From Thermodesulfobacteriota bacterium (GTDB taxonomy: Bacteria; Desulfobacterota; Binatia; Bin18), in contig OZ219926.1 of NCBI GenBank assembly GCA_964291405.2, positions 3,520,001 to 3,584,000 of the forward strand: 64,000 nucleotides of DNA, written 5' to 3'. Made by a program: the position numbers and the translations under genes. The notes beneath the pieces are model-generated. The model worked only from the letters and a program-made list of their open reading frames with translations. It searched no databases and was not told the origin of the DNA. Shown here piece by piece: positions 1-8,312 of the stretch (position 1 is the first letter of the stretch; each line of letters opens with the position of its first letter).

Positions 1-718
1 ACTGAAAATACACGAACGACGCATCCATGAAGTCGGTGTTTTCCTGGGCAATCCACTGATGACCGAGAAAGTCTTCATGCACCGCGGTGTGGAAACCTAT
101 GGACAAATCATACTCCTGCAATACCGTCCACAGTGGATCGTAGGTCCTGTCCCAAAAGGCCCGCTTATTGGCCGGAGCGGCACATACGAACACGCCTTTA
201 TGCCCGAGTTTTGCCACCCGCTTCACTTCCGTGATTGCCGCGTCAATATCCAGCAGAACGATGTGGGCAACCGGGATGAGTCGGGTCGGGTCGGCGGAAC
301 AAAAATCAAGAATCCAGTTGTTGTAGGCGCGGCAGTAGGCTGACGAGAGCTCGACATCGCTGATGCCGGGCTCCCAGATGAGGCCGAGGGTGGGAAAGAG
401 CACCGAGATATCGATGCCATCCTCGTCCATGCGTTGCAAACGCGCCTGCGCATCGTAGGCTCCCGCAGGGCCATCACGGTAGCCAAAACGGCCCGGCTCG
501 AAAATCGCCCGCAGAGGCTGTCCGATGCCTGCCGCGGTCGGGCCTATGCCACGGGTAATGGGCAGCGGTTTATTTTCAACCACCAGGTATTCGACGCCAT
601 CATCGCCAGTGTCCATCCGAATGGCGCGATCTTTGAACTTGGCCTCCAGGTAGTTCTGCCACAGATCGACAGGTTCCAGTATATGTCCGTCCGCATCAAT
701 GATTTTTCCGTGCAGCAT
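1..718 (-). CDS. Amidohydrolase_2 family protein (3' end runs off window)
   Basis: Not in the ORF track. Manual minus-strand translation from ATG at 718 (RBS AAGGAGGGAG) gives MLHGKIIDADGHILEPVDLW...ARLQRMDEDGIDISVLFPTLG...AYNNWILDFCS, typical amidohydrolase_2 motifs. Confidence 0.9.
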   Translation of the reverse strand, partial: MLHGKIIDADGHILEPVDLWQNYLEAKFKDRAIRMDTGDDGVEYLVVENKPLPITRGIGPTAAGIGQPLRAIFEPGRFGYRDGPAGAYDAQARLQRMDEDGIDISVLFPTLGLIWEPGISDVELSSAYCRAYNNWILDFCSADPTRLIPVAHIVLLDIDAAITEVKRVAKLGHKGVFVCAAPANKRAFWDRTYDPLWTVLQEYDLSIGFHTAVHEDFLGHQWIAQENTDFMDASFVYFQ

Positions 719-822
719 GCTCCCTCCTTGCCCATCGCATGTAGCGCATTTTTGCGGGTTGCGCACCAGCCATGCTGCATGGTGAGGCGTATTCATAGCT
801 TTATAGAGAGAGGTAAGAAGTC

Positions 823-857
823 CTTATTTGACAGAATACGTTTGAATAAGTAATAAT
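823..857 (+). promoter_or_regulatory. Sigma70-like promoter with overlapping inverted repeat (possible operator) for the regulator-tup operon
   Basis: TTGACA at 828-833 and AATAAT at 852-857. CTTATT (823-828) and AATAAG (845-850) form an inverted repeat. Confidence 0.45.
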
Positions 858-883
858 TCGTTAATATTTTCTCAGAGAAAACC

Positions 884-1807
884 ATGCCCGAAATCTTGCT
901 CAGCACGCGCGAAGTGGCCTCGTATCTGCATATCAACGAAAAGCAGGTGTACCGCTTGATCCGAAACGGCACGATTCCGTGTACGCGTGTTACCGGTAAA
1001 TGGCTGTTCCCACAAAGCCTGGTGGAGGATTGGGTCAAGCAGAATTCTCTGGCGCAAACTCTGCCGCCGCACGCTTCGTCCTCAGGAGCAGTCCAGTTTG
1101 GACCCGAACGGGGGCTCTTAATCGCGGGCAGCAACGACCTCTTGCTTGATAGCTTGATTGACTTAGCCGGACGGAGTTTCCCCGAACACCTTTTTTACAC
1201 GACCAATCTGGGCAGTTTCGGTGGTCTCGAAGCGCTGAAGCAATCGAAGACCCACGTAGCGCTGGCCCATCTGCTGGACCCCGAGACCGGCGAGTACAAT
1301 GCGCCGTTTGTGTCGCAAACCGGTCGCCCCGACCTGGTAGCCGTGACCCTCTGGCATCGCCGGCTCGGCTTGATTGCCCGGCCCGACAGCCGACCGATCC
1401 GCTCGCTGGCCGAACTGCCGCGGAAGAAGAAACGTCTGGTGAACCGCCAGGCCGGGTCTGGGGTGCGCTGGTTCATTGACCAGCAGCTCCGGCAGGCCCG
1501 GATCAAGCCGGAACGGATCACAGGCTACGAGGCCGAAGCCCGGACGCACTGGGAGGTCGGCTTACACGTGCTCCAGGGACGGGCGGATGTCGGAGTGGCC
1601 GTCCAGGCGGTGGCCGTGTTGTTGGGTCTCTCGTTTATCGAAATGGTTGAGGAGCGGTTTGATTTGCTGGTCTCCAAAGAGCTGTATTTTGCCAAACCGG
1701 TCCAAGCCCTGCTGGACGTTGTGACCTCGTCCGAGTTAAAGGAACGCGCGGCTGCACTCGGAGGCTACGAGGTCCGTGAGGCCGGCAAAGTCGCGTTTGC
1801 GCTCTAG
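884..1807 (+). CDS. Excisionase-like HTH + periplasmic molybdate-binding (PBP_like) transcriptional regulator
   Basis: N-terminal LLSTREVASYLHINEKQVYRLI HTH, then GSND...GSFGGLEAL...VNRQAGSG...ERFDL PBP_like motifs. Lies directly upstream of the tup genes. Confidence 0.9.
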   Translation: MPEILLSTREVASYLHINEKQVYRLIRNGTIPCTRVTGKWLFPQSLVEDWVKQNSLAQTLPPHASSSGAVQFGPERGLLIAGSNDLLLDSLIDLAGRSFPEHLFYTTNLGSFGGLEALKQSKTHVALAHLLDPETGEYNAPFVSQTGRPDLVAVTLWHRRLGLIARPDSRPIRSLAELPRKKKRLVNRQAGSGVRWFIDQQLRQARIKPERITGYEAEARTHWEVGLHVLQGRADVGVAVQAVAVLLGLSFIEMVEERFDLLVSKELYFAKPVQALLDVVTSSELKERAAALGGYEVREAGKVAFAL

Positions 1808-1814
1808 CAGTCTC

Positions 1815-2522
1815 ATGCAGGATTTCGGACAAGCCTTTGCCTTGGCCTTCCAGCTCATCGTTTCCGCCGACCCCACGCTGAGTGAGATTATACTCCTTTC
1901 TCTGCGAGTGAGCCTCGGTGCTGTCGCCATCGCCAGCGTGATGGGACTCAGTATTGGAGCAACAGTCGGTATTCTTCGTTTTCCCGGACGTGGTGCGCTC
2001 ATCGTCTTCTTAAACGCTCTGATGGGATTGCCCCCGGTTGTGGTGGGCCTGTTGGTCTATATGGCGATGTCTCACGCCGGCCCGCTCGGCTGGCTCCATC
2101 TTTTATATTCTCCAACAGCGATGATCATTGCCCAGACCATTCTGGTCACGCCCATTATCGCCAGCTTATCACAACAGGTGATAGCGGACTTTTACATCGA
2201 ATACCGAGAGCAGTTTTTATCGCTGGGGGTTCCGCCGAAGACAGCTGTGGCCGCCCTGTTGTGGGACGCTCGGTATAGCCTCCTGACAGTCGCCTTGGCC
2301 GGCTTCGGGCGCGCTATCGCTGAAGTGGGGGCGGTCATCATCGTAGGTGGAAATATCAAACACGTGACTCGGGTGATGACCACGGCCATTGCGTTGGAGA
2401 CCTCGAAAGGGGACCTGGCGCTTGCCCTGGCCCTGGGTCTGATTCTCATTCTGATTGCGCTGAGCGTAAATGCCGCCGTGTCGCTCCTGCGCCTCAATAC
2501 ATCCAATAGCGCCTATGCCTAG
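1815..2522 (+). CDS. tupB: Tungstate ABC transporter permease
   Basis: LMGLPPVVVGL and FGRAIAEVGAVIIVGGNI...TRVMTTAIALET motifs. ATG 1815 chosen as start. Confidence 0.88.
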   Translation: MQDFGQAFALAFQLIVSADPTLSEIILLSLRVSLGAVAIASVMGLSIGATVGILRFPGRGALIVFLNALMGLPPVVVGLLVYMAMSHAGPLGWLHLLYSPTAMIIAQTILVTPIIASLSQQVIADFYIEYREQFLSLGVPPKTAVAALLWDARYSLLTVALAGFGRAIAEVGAVIIVGGNIKHVTRVMTTAIALETSKGDLALALALGLILILIALSVNAAVSLLRLNTSNSAYA

Positions 2523-3285
2523 CGCCGTAGAGACCCTTCAACCAGAGCGCGTATCAACCGATACCGCTCAGTCCTTGTTTCCTCTCAACGTTCATCAACT
2601 CGTGTATAGCGTGGGCACCCAACGCCTCATTGATGGCACCGACCTGACCATCGAGCAGGGCAGCCGCACCATCATCATGGGTCCGAACGGAGCGGGCAAG
2701 AGTCTGCTGCTGCGACTGCTGCATGGCTTGCTGACCCCAACCGAGGGGGAAATCTGCTGGGGAGAAATCCCACGGATAGACCAGGCCCGGCAGCGACAAG
2801 CGCTCGTGTTTCAACGCCCGGTTTTACTGCGACGTTCCGTAGGAGCCAATCTGCGCTTCGCGCTCAAGCTGCGCCGGTACACACGGGCCGAAAGAGAGGA
2901 TCGCCTGCGGCACGTCCTGGAACTTGCCAGCCTCTCTCACCTTGTGGACCGTCCGGCCCGAGTCCTCTCCCAAGGCGAACAACAACGCGTCGCCATTGCG
3001 CGCGCCCTGGTCCTTGAGCCGGAGGTTCTGTTGCTCGACGAGCCGACCGTCAGTTTGGATCCGGTCTCCGTTGAAGCGATTGAAGAGCTGATTCTCGCCG
3101 CGCACAGGCGTGGTACGAAGATCATCCTGGTGACCCACGATATGGGTCAGGCCCGTCGCTTGGCAGACGAAGTTGTTTTTCTTGAGCAGGGTCGGGTCGT
3201 TGAACACTCTCCCGCGCTCCAGTTTTTTCAGCAGCCTAACGCGGGGGCAGCCCACACTTATGGCGACAGCCGGGTCGTTCTGTAG
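2515..3285 (+). CDS. tupC: Tungstate ABC transporter ATP-binding subunit
   Basis: Walker A GPNGAGKS, LSQGEQQR signature, LLLDEPT. Overlaps the tupB end. Confidence 0.88.
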   Translation: MPSAVETLQPERVSTDTAQSLFPLNVHQLVYSVGTQRLIDGTDLTIEQGSRTIIMGPNGAGKSLLLRLLHGLLTPTEGEICWGEIPRIDQARQRQALVFQRPVLLRRSVGANLRFALKLRRYTRAEREDRLRHVLELASLSHLVDRPARVLSQGEQQRVAIARALVLEPEVLLLDEPTVSLDPVSVEAIEELILAAHRRGTKIILVTHDMGQARRLADEVVFLEQGRVVEHSPALQFFQQPNAGAAHTYGDSRVVL

Positions 3286-3293
3286 GGAGGGAA

Positions 3294-4136
3294 ATGCGTA
3301 TACCAACGCCTCGATTGTGGTGCGTGCGAGCCGTCCTCAGCCTGACGCTGGGGTTACTCCTGAGCGGGATCAACCAGGCGGAGGAGCGCTTTATCATCCT
3401 CCAGTCAACAACCTCAACCCAGAACTCCGGTTTGTTTGACGCGATACTGCCCCGTTTTCAGTCCAGGACGGGAATCGAAGTGCGCGTGGTCGCGGTCGGG
3501 ACGGGCCAGGCGCTCAAGAATGCCCGCAACGGCGATGGCGATGTGCTGCTCATACATGCCAAGCCCGAGGAGGAAGCCTTTGTCGCTATGGGCTGGGGGG
3601 TGAAACGCTATGATGTCATGTACAACGATTTTGTGATTGTTGGTCCAGCGGACGATCCGGCAGGCATTGCCGGTATGCATGAGGCCGGCGCGGTGCTCAG
3701 AAAAATTGCCCAAACCCAGGTCGCATTTATCTCGCGCGGAGATGAAAGCGGCACCCATAAAAAAGAGCGGGCATTGTGGAAAATCGCTGCGGTTGATCCG
3801 CTGGAGGCGAGTGGAACGTGGTATCGAGAGGTCGGAGCCGGCATGGGAGCAACTTTGAACACCGCGGTCGGAATGCAAGCCTACACGCTGACCGACCGCG
3901 GTACCTGGTTGAGTTTTCGGAACAAGGCTGACTACACTATCCTGGTGGAAGGTGACCCGCAGCTTTTCAATCAATACGGGGTGATCCTGGTGAATCCGGC
4001 CAAACACCCGCATGTGAAAGCCGGTCTGGGCCAGCGGTTCATCGACTGGCTGGTCGGGCCGGAAGGCCAAAGTCTGATTGCCGGCTATACCATCGCCGGC
4101 CAGCCGCTCTTTTTTCCCAATGCTCCAGGAGGATAG
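3294..4136 (+). CDS. tupA: Tungstate ABC transporter substrate-binding protein
   Basis: Signal peptide, STTSTQNSGL, VAVGTGQAL, MYNDFVIVGP, FISRGDESGTH. Confidence 0.9.
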   Translation: MRIPTPRLWCVRAVLSLTLGLLLSGINQAEERFIILQSTTSTQNSGLFDAILPRFQSRTGIEVRVVAVGTGQALKNARNGDGDVLLIHAKPEEEAFVAMGWGVKRYDVMYNDFVIVGPADDPAGIAGMHEAGAVLRKIAQTQVAFISRGDESGTHKKERALWKIAAVDPLEASGTWYREVGAGMGATLNTAVGMQAYTLTDRGTWLSFRNKADYTILVEGDPQLFNQYGVILVNPAKHPHVKAGLGQRFIDWLVGPEGQSLIAGYTIAGQPLFFPNAPGG

Positions 4137-4154
4137 TAGACCGGGGGAGTAGAT

Positions 4155-4559
4155 ATGGTCACAGGAAGCTGTCACTGCCAAGCCGTCCGATTTGAAATCA
4201 CCGAGGAGATTCGTGGCTTCATGCACTGCCATTGCCATACGTGCCGCAAGATCAATGGCACGGTGTACGGGTCGAGTGCGCTGGTGACGAAGGCGGGGTT
4301 CACCATTGTTACCGGCCAGGACGCGCTTACCGCCTATGAGTCGTCGCCCGGAAAAAAGCGCTGTTTTTGTTCTCGATGCGGCTCGCACGTGTATGCGTAT
4401 TTTGACCGTGACCCACAGGCCATACTCCTTCGTATTGGAACCTTGGACGATGATCCGGGTGTACGCTCCCAGGGCCATATATGGGTGAGTCATAAAGCAC
4501 CATGGTATGAGATCCAGGACGACCTGCCCCGCTTTGACGAGGATCCTGACAAACGCTGA
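4155..4559 (+). CDS. GFA (CENP-V) family zinc protein
   Basis: GSCHC...HCHCHTCRK...RCFCSRCGS. Confidence 0.9.
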   Translation: MVTGSCHCQAVRFEITEEIRGFMHCHCHTCRKINGTVYGSSALVTKAGFTIVTGQDALTAYESSPGKKRCFCSRCGSHVYAYFDRDPQAILLRIGTLDDDPGVRSQGHIWVSHKAPWYEIQDDLPRFDEDPDKR

Positions 4560-4666
4560 TCATACACGGTCTTTCCGTTCACTTATGGGCTGGTTGCCTT
4601 CTATCTCTTCATCCCTCACCCCCGGCGTGATATAGGCGGCGTATAGCAAAAACAGGAGGTGTTCAC

Positions 4667-5080
4667 ATGTCACAGATTGTTGGCGGCTGTTTATGTGGGA
4701 ATATTCGTTATACCTGTGAGGCGGAGCCGATGATGATGGCGATCTGCCACTGCAAAAATTGTCAAAAGCAAACCAGTACGTCCTTCTCCATATTAGTTGC
4801 CGTGCCGAAGGGGTCGCTGAACATTGAGGGTGAGCTGTCAGCGTACAACGATCAGGGGTCGAGTGGACAGGCGGTGATTCGTAAATTTTGCGGCAAATGT
4901 GGCTCACCGATTCTGTCTGATGTGGCAGCCTTGCCAACCATGGATTTTCTCAAGGCCGGCACGCTCAACGATACCTCCTGGCTCAAGCCCGAAGTCCAGC
5001 TCTGGTGTGACAGCGCCCAGCCCTGGATCAAGCTGGACGACGACATTACGCAAATAGCCCAGAACCCACCGATGGACTAG
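4667..5080 (+). CDS. GFA family zinc protein
   Basis: GGCLCG...CHCKNCQK...RKFCGKCGS. Confidence 0.9.
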   Translation: MSQIVGGCLCGNIRYTCEAEPMMMAICHCKNCQKQTSTSFSILVAVPKGSLNIEGELSAYNDQGSSGQAVIRKFCGKCGSPILSDVAALPTMDFLKAGTLNDTSWLKPEVQLWCDSAQPWIKLDDDITQIAQNPPMD

Positions 5081-5213
5081 AGCAGTTTTCATTCTAATGT
5101 AGCAAGGTGCTATCCATAGTATCGGAGATAACTGGTCCACTCAGCCGGGAAGAAACCCTCAAGCGCACACCCGCAGGCTATTGGACGCTACACTAATATG
5201 AATTTTGCTCTAG
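5077..5213. mobile_element. Possible nested MITE / IS-end remnant
   Basis: Outer imperfect inverted repeats CTAGAGCAGTTTTCAT / ATGAATTTTGCTCTAG. Inner pair TAATGTAGC (5095) / GCTACACTA (5187-5195). Confidence 0.4.
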
Positions 5214-5335
5214 CAGTTTGTCAGGGCTCTCTATTTGCCTCGTAGCCTCCTTTCCTTGTGTTGCTGCCGGTCAAAGCTCCTGAGCAGCGAGGCACTTGTC
5301 GACTAGAGAAAAAGTGTGGGATAGGAGCGGCTGAC

Positions 5336-5875
5336 GTGGCAAAGGATATTGAGCGTATCCTGTTCACAGAGACGGATATCCGAGCTGGCCTGAGCCGCGT
5401 TGCCCAGGAAGTCACGGCCTATTACCGGGACGCGCCCTGTACGGTGGTGTCGGTGCTTAAGGGCGGCTGTCTCTTTACGGCGGATATCATCCGCCAGCTT
5501 CCCTTTCCGCTCCGTCTGAGCTTTGCCGCAGTATCGAGCTATGGAGACGGGACAACGAGTGGCAGGCTCAGCCTGGACTATTTCCCGGCCGACCAGGAAA
5601 TCCGGGAGCAGCGGATTCTCCTGGTCGACGACATCCTGGATACGGGTCGGACGCTCGCGTCTCTCCGCGCAGCACTGTTGAAGCAAGGGGCCCGTGAGGT
5701 CAGAACCTGTGTGTTGCTCGATAAGCCCGCCCGGCGGAGAGTCGAGTATGAAGCCGACTTTCGCGCTTTTGTTATCGAAGACGTGTTTGTGGTGGGTTAT
5801 GGACTCGACTTTGCCGGCCGCTATCGCAATCTGCCGTATATTGCCGTCTTACGGCCCGAGGTCTATGCCGGGTAA
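5336..5875 (+). CDS. hpt: Hypoxanthine phosphoribosyltransferase
   Basis: VLKGG, SSYG, LLVDDILDTGRTL PRPP motif, FVVGYGLD...YRNLPYI. GTG start at 5336 after AGGAG. Confidence 0.93.
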   Translation: MAKDIERILFTETDIRAGLSRVAQEVTAYYRDAPCTVVSVLKGGCLFTADIIRQLPFPLRLSFAAVSSYGDGTTSGRLSLDYFPADQEIREQRILLVDDILDTGRTLASLRAALLKQGAREVRTCVLLDKPARRRVEYEADFRAFVIEDVFVVGYGLDFAGRYRNLPYIAVLRPEVYAG

Positions 5876-5889
5876 GGACGACAGACAAA

Positions 5890-5921
5890 AAGAGGGACGA
5901 GCCCTAGGACTCGTCCCTCTT
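5890..5921. terminator. Hairpin terminator between convergent hpt and dyp
   Basis: AAGAGGGACGAG-loop-CTCGTCCCTCTT, perfect 12-bp stem. Confidence 0.75.
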
Positions 5922-5945
5922 GTGAATAGCGTGCTCGGCTAATGG

Positions 5946-6866
5946 TTACGACAGCGCGGCGTCGAGCGTTTCTACCGACGGAGCGAAGTAGAACGAACCG
6001 GAAGCCGGGTTGCTGTATGAGGTGAGCCGGTCGCGTTCCTGACCGTCCATGCCGTACATGGCCCGCATCCGCTCGCGAAGCGGGGCCTGGCTCTTACAGA
6101 AGGCCATGAAGTACAGGCCAACCGTGCCATCGTGGAAGGCATACGGGGTCGAGCGGCGCGAAATCTCATCCCGCTTGGGAGTGCTGTCGTCACCGGTTTT
6201 GCCCTCTCTCAGCTCGACATGCGAGAGGTGGGAGGGAGAGGGTTGGGGGGACAGGCGGGTTGAGTCGGCCTTGGTCCGGCCAAAGACTTTTTCCTGCTCT
6301 TCAACGGGCAGGAGGTTGAAGGCTTCCAGGTCATGAATCCATCGCTGGGCAATGATGAAGCTCCCGCCTGCGCCCGGCTCGCCATCCGGAACGACGGCGA
6401 CTTCAACATCCCGCTCGGGCTCGGGGTTACCGGTGCCATCTTTGAAGCCGGACAGGTCGAGCGAGTCGCCAAAGATGAAGGTCATGGTCTCACGGGCTAC
6501 CCGCATATGCCCCTTCAGAGCTTCCCTGGCATCCCACTGGGCTTTCCAGACTTCGTCCTTTTTTTCGCTGTTCAGCCAAAAAAGGAGTTCTTCCTGGGTG
6601 CCCTTGGCTTCCTTGCCACTGCCGTCAATCGACTGGAACGTTTCGTAGGGCTGGAAATCGTTGGGCACGTCGTCCGTAAGGTCTGAGAGGAGTGATGGTC
6701 CGAGGCCGATGGTCAGATTGATACCTTTGTCGGCACAGTCTTTGCGCAACTGCTGGACCGCAGATTTGATCACACCCATATCAGCGCCATCTAGGCGACT
6801 GAGATGGACATACCACTGATGCTGGCCCATGTTTCTATTGAGAACTGCTGGTTGTGGTGTTGCCAT
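5946..6866 (-). CDS. Dyp-type (dye-decolorizing) peroxidase
   Basis: DLSGFKDGTGNP (GxxDG), GGSFIIAQRWIHDL, FGRTK, SHLSH, RRSTPY, FYFAPS. Confidence 0.9.
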   Translation of the reverse strand: MATPQPAVLNRNMGQHQWYVHLSRLDGADMGVIKSAVQQLRKDCADKGINLTIGLGPSLLSDLTDDVPNDFQPYETFQSIDGSGKEAKGTQEELLFWLNSEKKDEVWKAQWDAREALKGHMRVARETMTFIFGDSLDLSGFKDGTGNPEPERDVEVAVVPDGEPGAGGSFIIAQRWIHDLEAFNLLPVEEQEKVFGRTKADSTRLSPQPSPSHLSHVELREGKTGDDSTPKRDEISRRSTPYAFHDGTVGLYFMAFCKSQAPLRERMRAMYGMDGQERDRLTSYSNPASGSFYFAPSVETLDAALS

Positions 6867-7030
6867 AAGGCCCTCCTTGCCTCCAAATTATTAGGAATGA
6901 ATATGCAGCCGTCTTATCTGAGAGCAATCAGGGCTGTCAAGGGATTCGATGCTTCTCAAGCCTGCCTCTTGCGTGTGAAGCGGCGAGTCTTTACAAGAAA
7001 ATGAACATTCACTCAGGAGAGGGGGGTCGA

Positions 7031-8296
7031 ATGCGAATAAGAAACCGGAGCGTTCTTTTCCTCACCGGCATACTGAGCCTGGTGGGGCTATTGTCGACAG
7101 GCGTGTATGCCCAGGACGGAGACCAGCAACTGCTGGACGGCTTTCTGCCGTACCGCAATGGCAGCCCGCAGATTGACGGCATAACACCTGGCATGACGCT
7201 GACCAAAGAGAATGTGCAGGTTGCCGAAAAGGTGTTGCCGCCGGAGATTGTCCGCGTGGTCCAAGCCGGAGATTTTGAGATTCCCGTCCAGGCGACAACG
7301 GACTTTCCTATCCTTGAGGCCTATATGCAGGCGTCGATCGAACACGCCGGCCAAACCCAACTCGACGCCAACGGAGAACTCCAGAACTACACGCTTGGCC
7401 AGCCTTTTCCCCTGATTGATCCGGCCGACCCGCAAGCCGGGCTCAAAGCCGCCTGGAATTACCGCATGCGCTATATGGGTGATACCATGACAACCCAAGG
7501 CGTCCTGCGTACGGTCAACAGTAGCGGCAATACCGAACGTGCGGTGGACACTCTCTATTCGCGCATGTACGGCATGTTCCGTCCGGACCCGGCGCGCAAT
7601 GTAGCGAAGTGGGAAAAGGAGGGGACCTGGTGGCGAGAACACTCGATTGTTATGAGCCCCCAGGACCTTGAAGGGGCCCAGAGTCTCACCTTTCATTACG
7701 CGGCGGACATGACCAACCAAAAGGGGTGGGCCTACGACCCGCAGAGTCGCCGCACGCGGAGCATTGTCGTGAATCATCAGTCGTCCTCATTCGAAGCGAA
7801 TTTTCTCATCGAAGATCATGCCGGTTTTCAGGGTTATCTCCGCAATTACACCTGGAAATATCTGGGCGAGCAGGTGATGCTGATGCCGGGCTTCGTCGGA
7901 GGAAACCCCCCGGAGTATGGGGGCAAAGGCGGCTGGTATCCCCAGTCGCCGTGGGAGTTGCGTCAGGTCGTCGTTCTGGAAGCCACCTCCAACGATGCCA
8001 GCCATCCGTACGGCATGCGGCGCTTTTATATTGACCGGCAGATTTATTCGGTCTTTTGCGTTGTCGTGTATGACCGTGAGGGCAATCATTGGCGGACCTT
8101 GTTTCACACGTTTGGCGACCCGGCCGACGATCCGGACAACGCCGAGGTAAAGGGTACGCATCTTCACTTGGGCAATGTGTGGATTGACTACAAAAGCAAT
8201 CGTGCCGCCCTGTGGACCGCCGACGAAATCCTGATCAACAAGCCGCTCAAGCCCAGAAAGTTCACGGTTAAAGAGATGGTCCGTTTGGGGAAGTGA
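7031..8296 (+). CDS. DUF1329 family periplasmic protein (LolA-like fold)
   Basis: Signal peptide, GQPFP...AGLKAAWN, WAYDPQSRRTR, YTWKYLGE, WELRQV, HPYG.R.FYID, YDREG..WR. Confidence 0.8.
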   Translation: MRIRNRSVLFLTGILSLVGLLSTGVYAQDGDQQLLDGFLPYRNGSPQIDGITPGMTLTKENVQVAEKVLPPEIVRVVQAGDFEIPVQATTDFPILEAYMQASIEHAGQTQLDANGELQNYTLGQPFPLIDPADPQAGLKAAWNYRMRYMGDTMTTQGVLRTVNSSGNTERAVDTLYSRMYGMFRPDPARNVAKWEKEGTWWREHSIVMSPQDLEGAQSLTFHYAADMTNQKGWAYDPQSRRTRSIVVNHQSSSFEANFLIEDHAGFQGYLRNYTWKYLGEQVMLMPGFVGGNPPEYGGKGGWYPQSPWELRQVVVLEATSNDASHPYGMRRFYIDRQIYSVFCVVVYDREGNHWRTLFHTFGDPADDPDNAEVKGTHLHLGNVWIDYKSNRAALWTADEILINKPLKPRKFTVKEMVRLGK

Positions 8297-8312
8297 AGCC
8301 TAGCTCCCAGCT

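Noticed and set aside
719-883. Moco/Tuco riboswitch upstream of the tup operon
   Set aside because: The region is short, AT-rich and occupied by promoter elements, with no matching multi-stem motif.
5081-5335. Purine riboswitch upstream of hpt
   Set aside because: The conserved purine aptamer core sequences are not visible.
5946-6866. DyP as encapsulin cargo
   Set aside because: No encapsulin gene nearby and no C-terminal targeting peptide (ends PSVETLDAALS).
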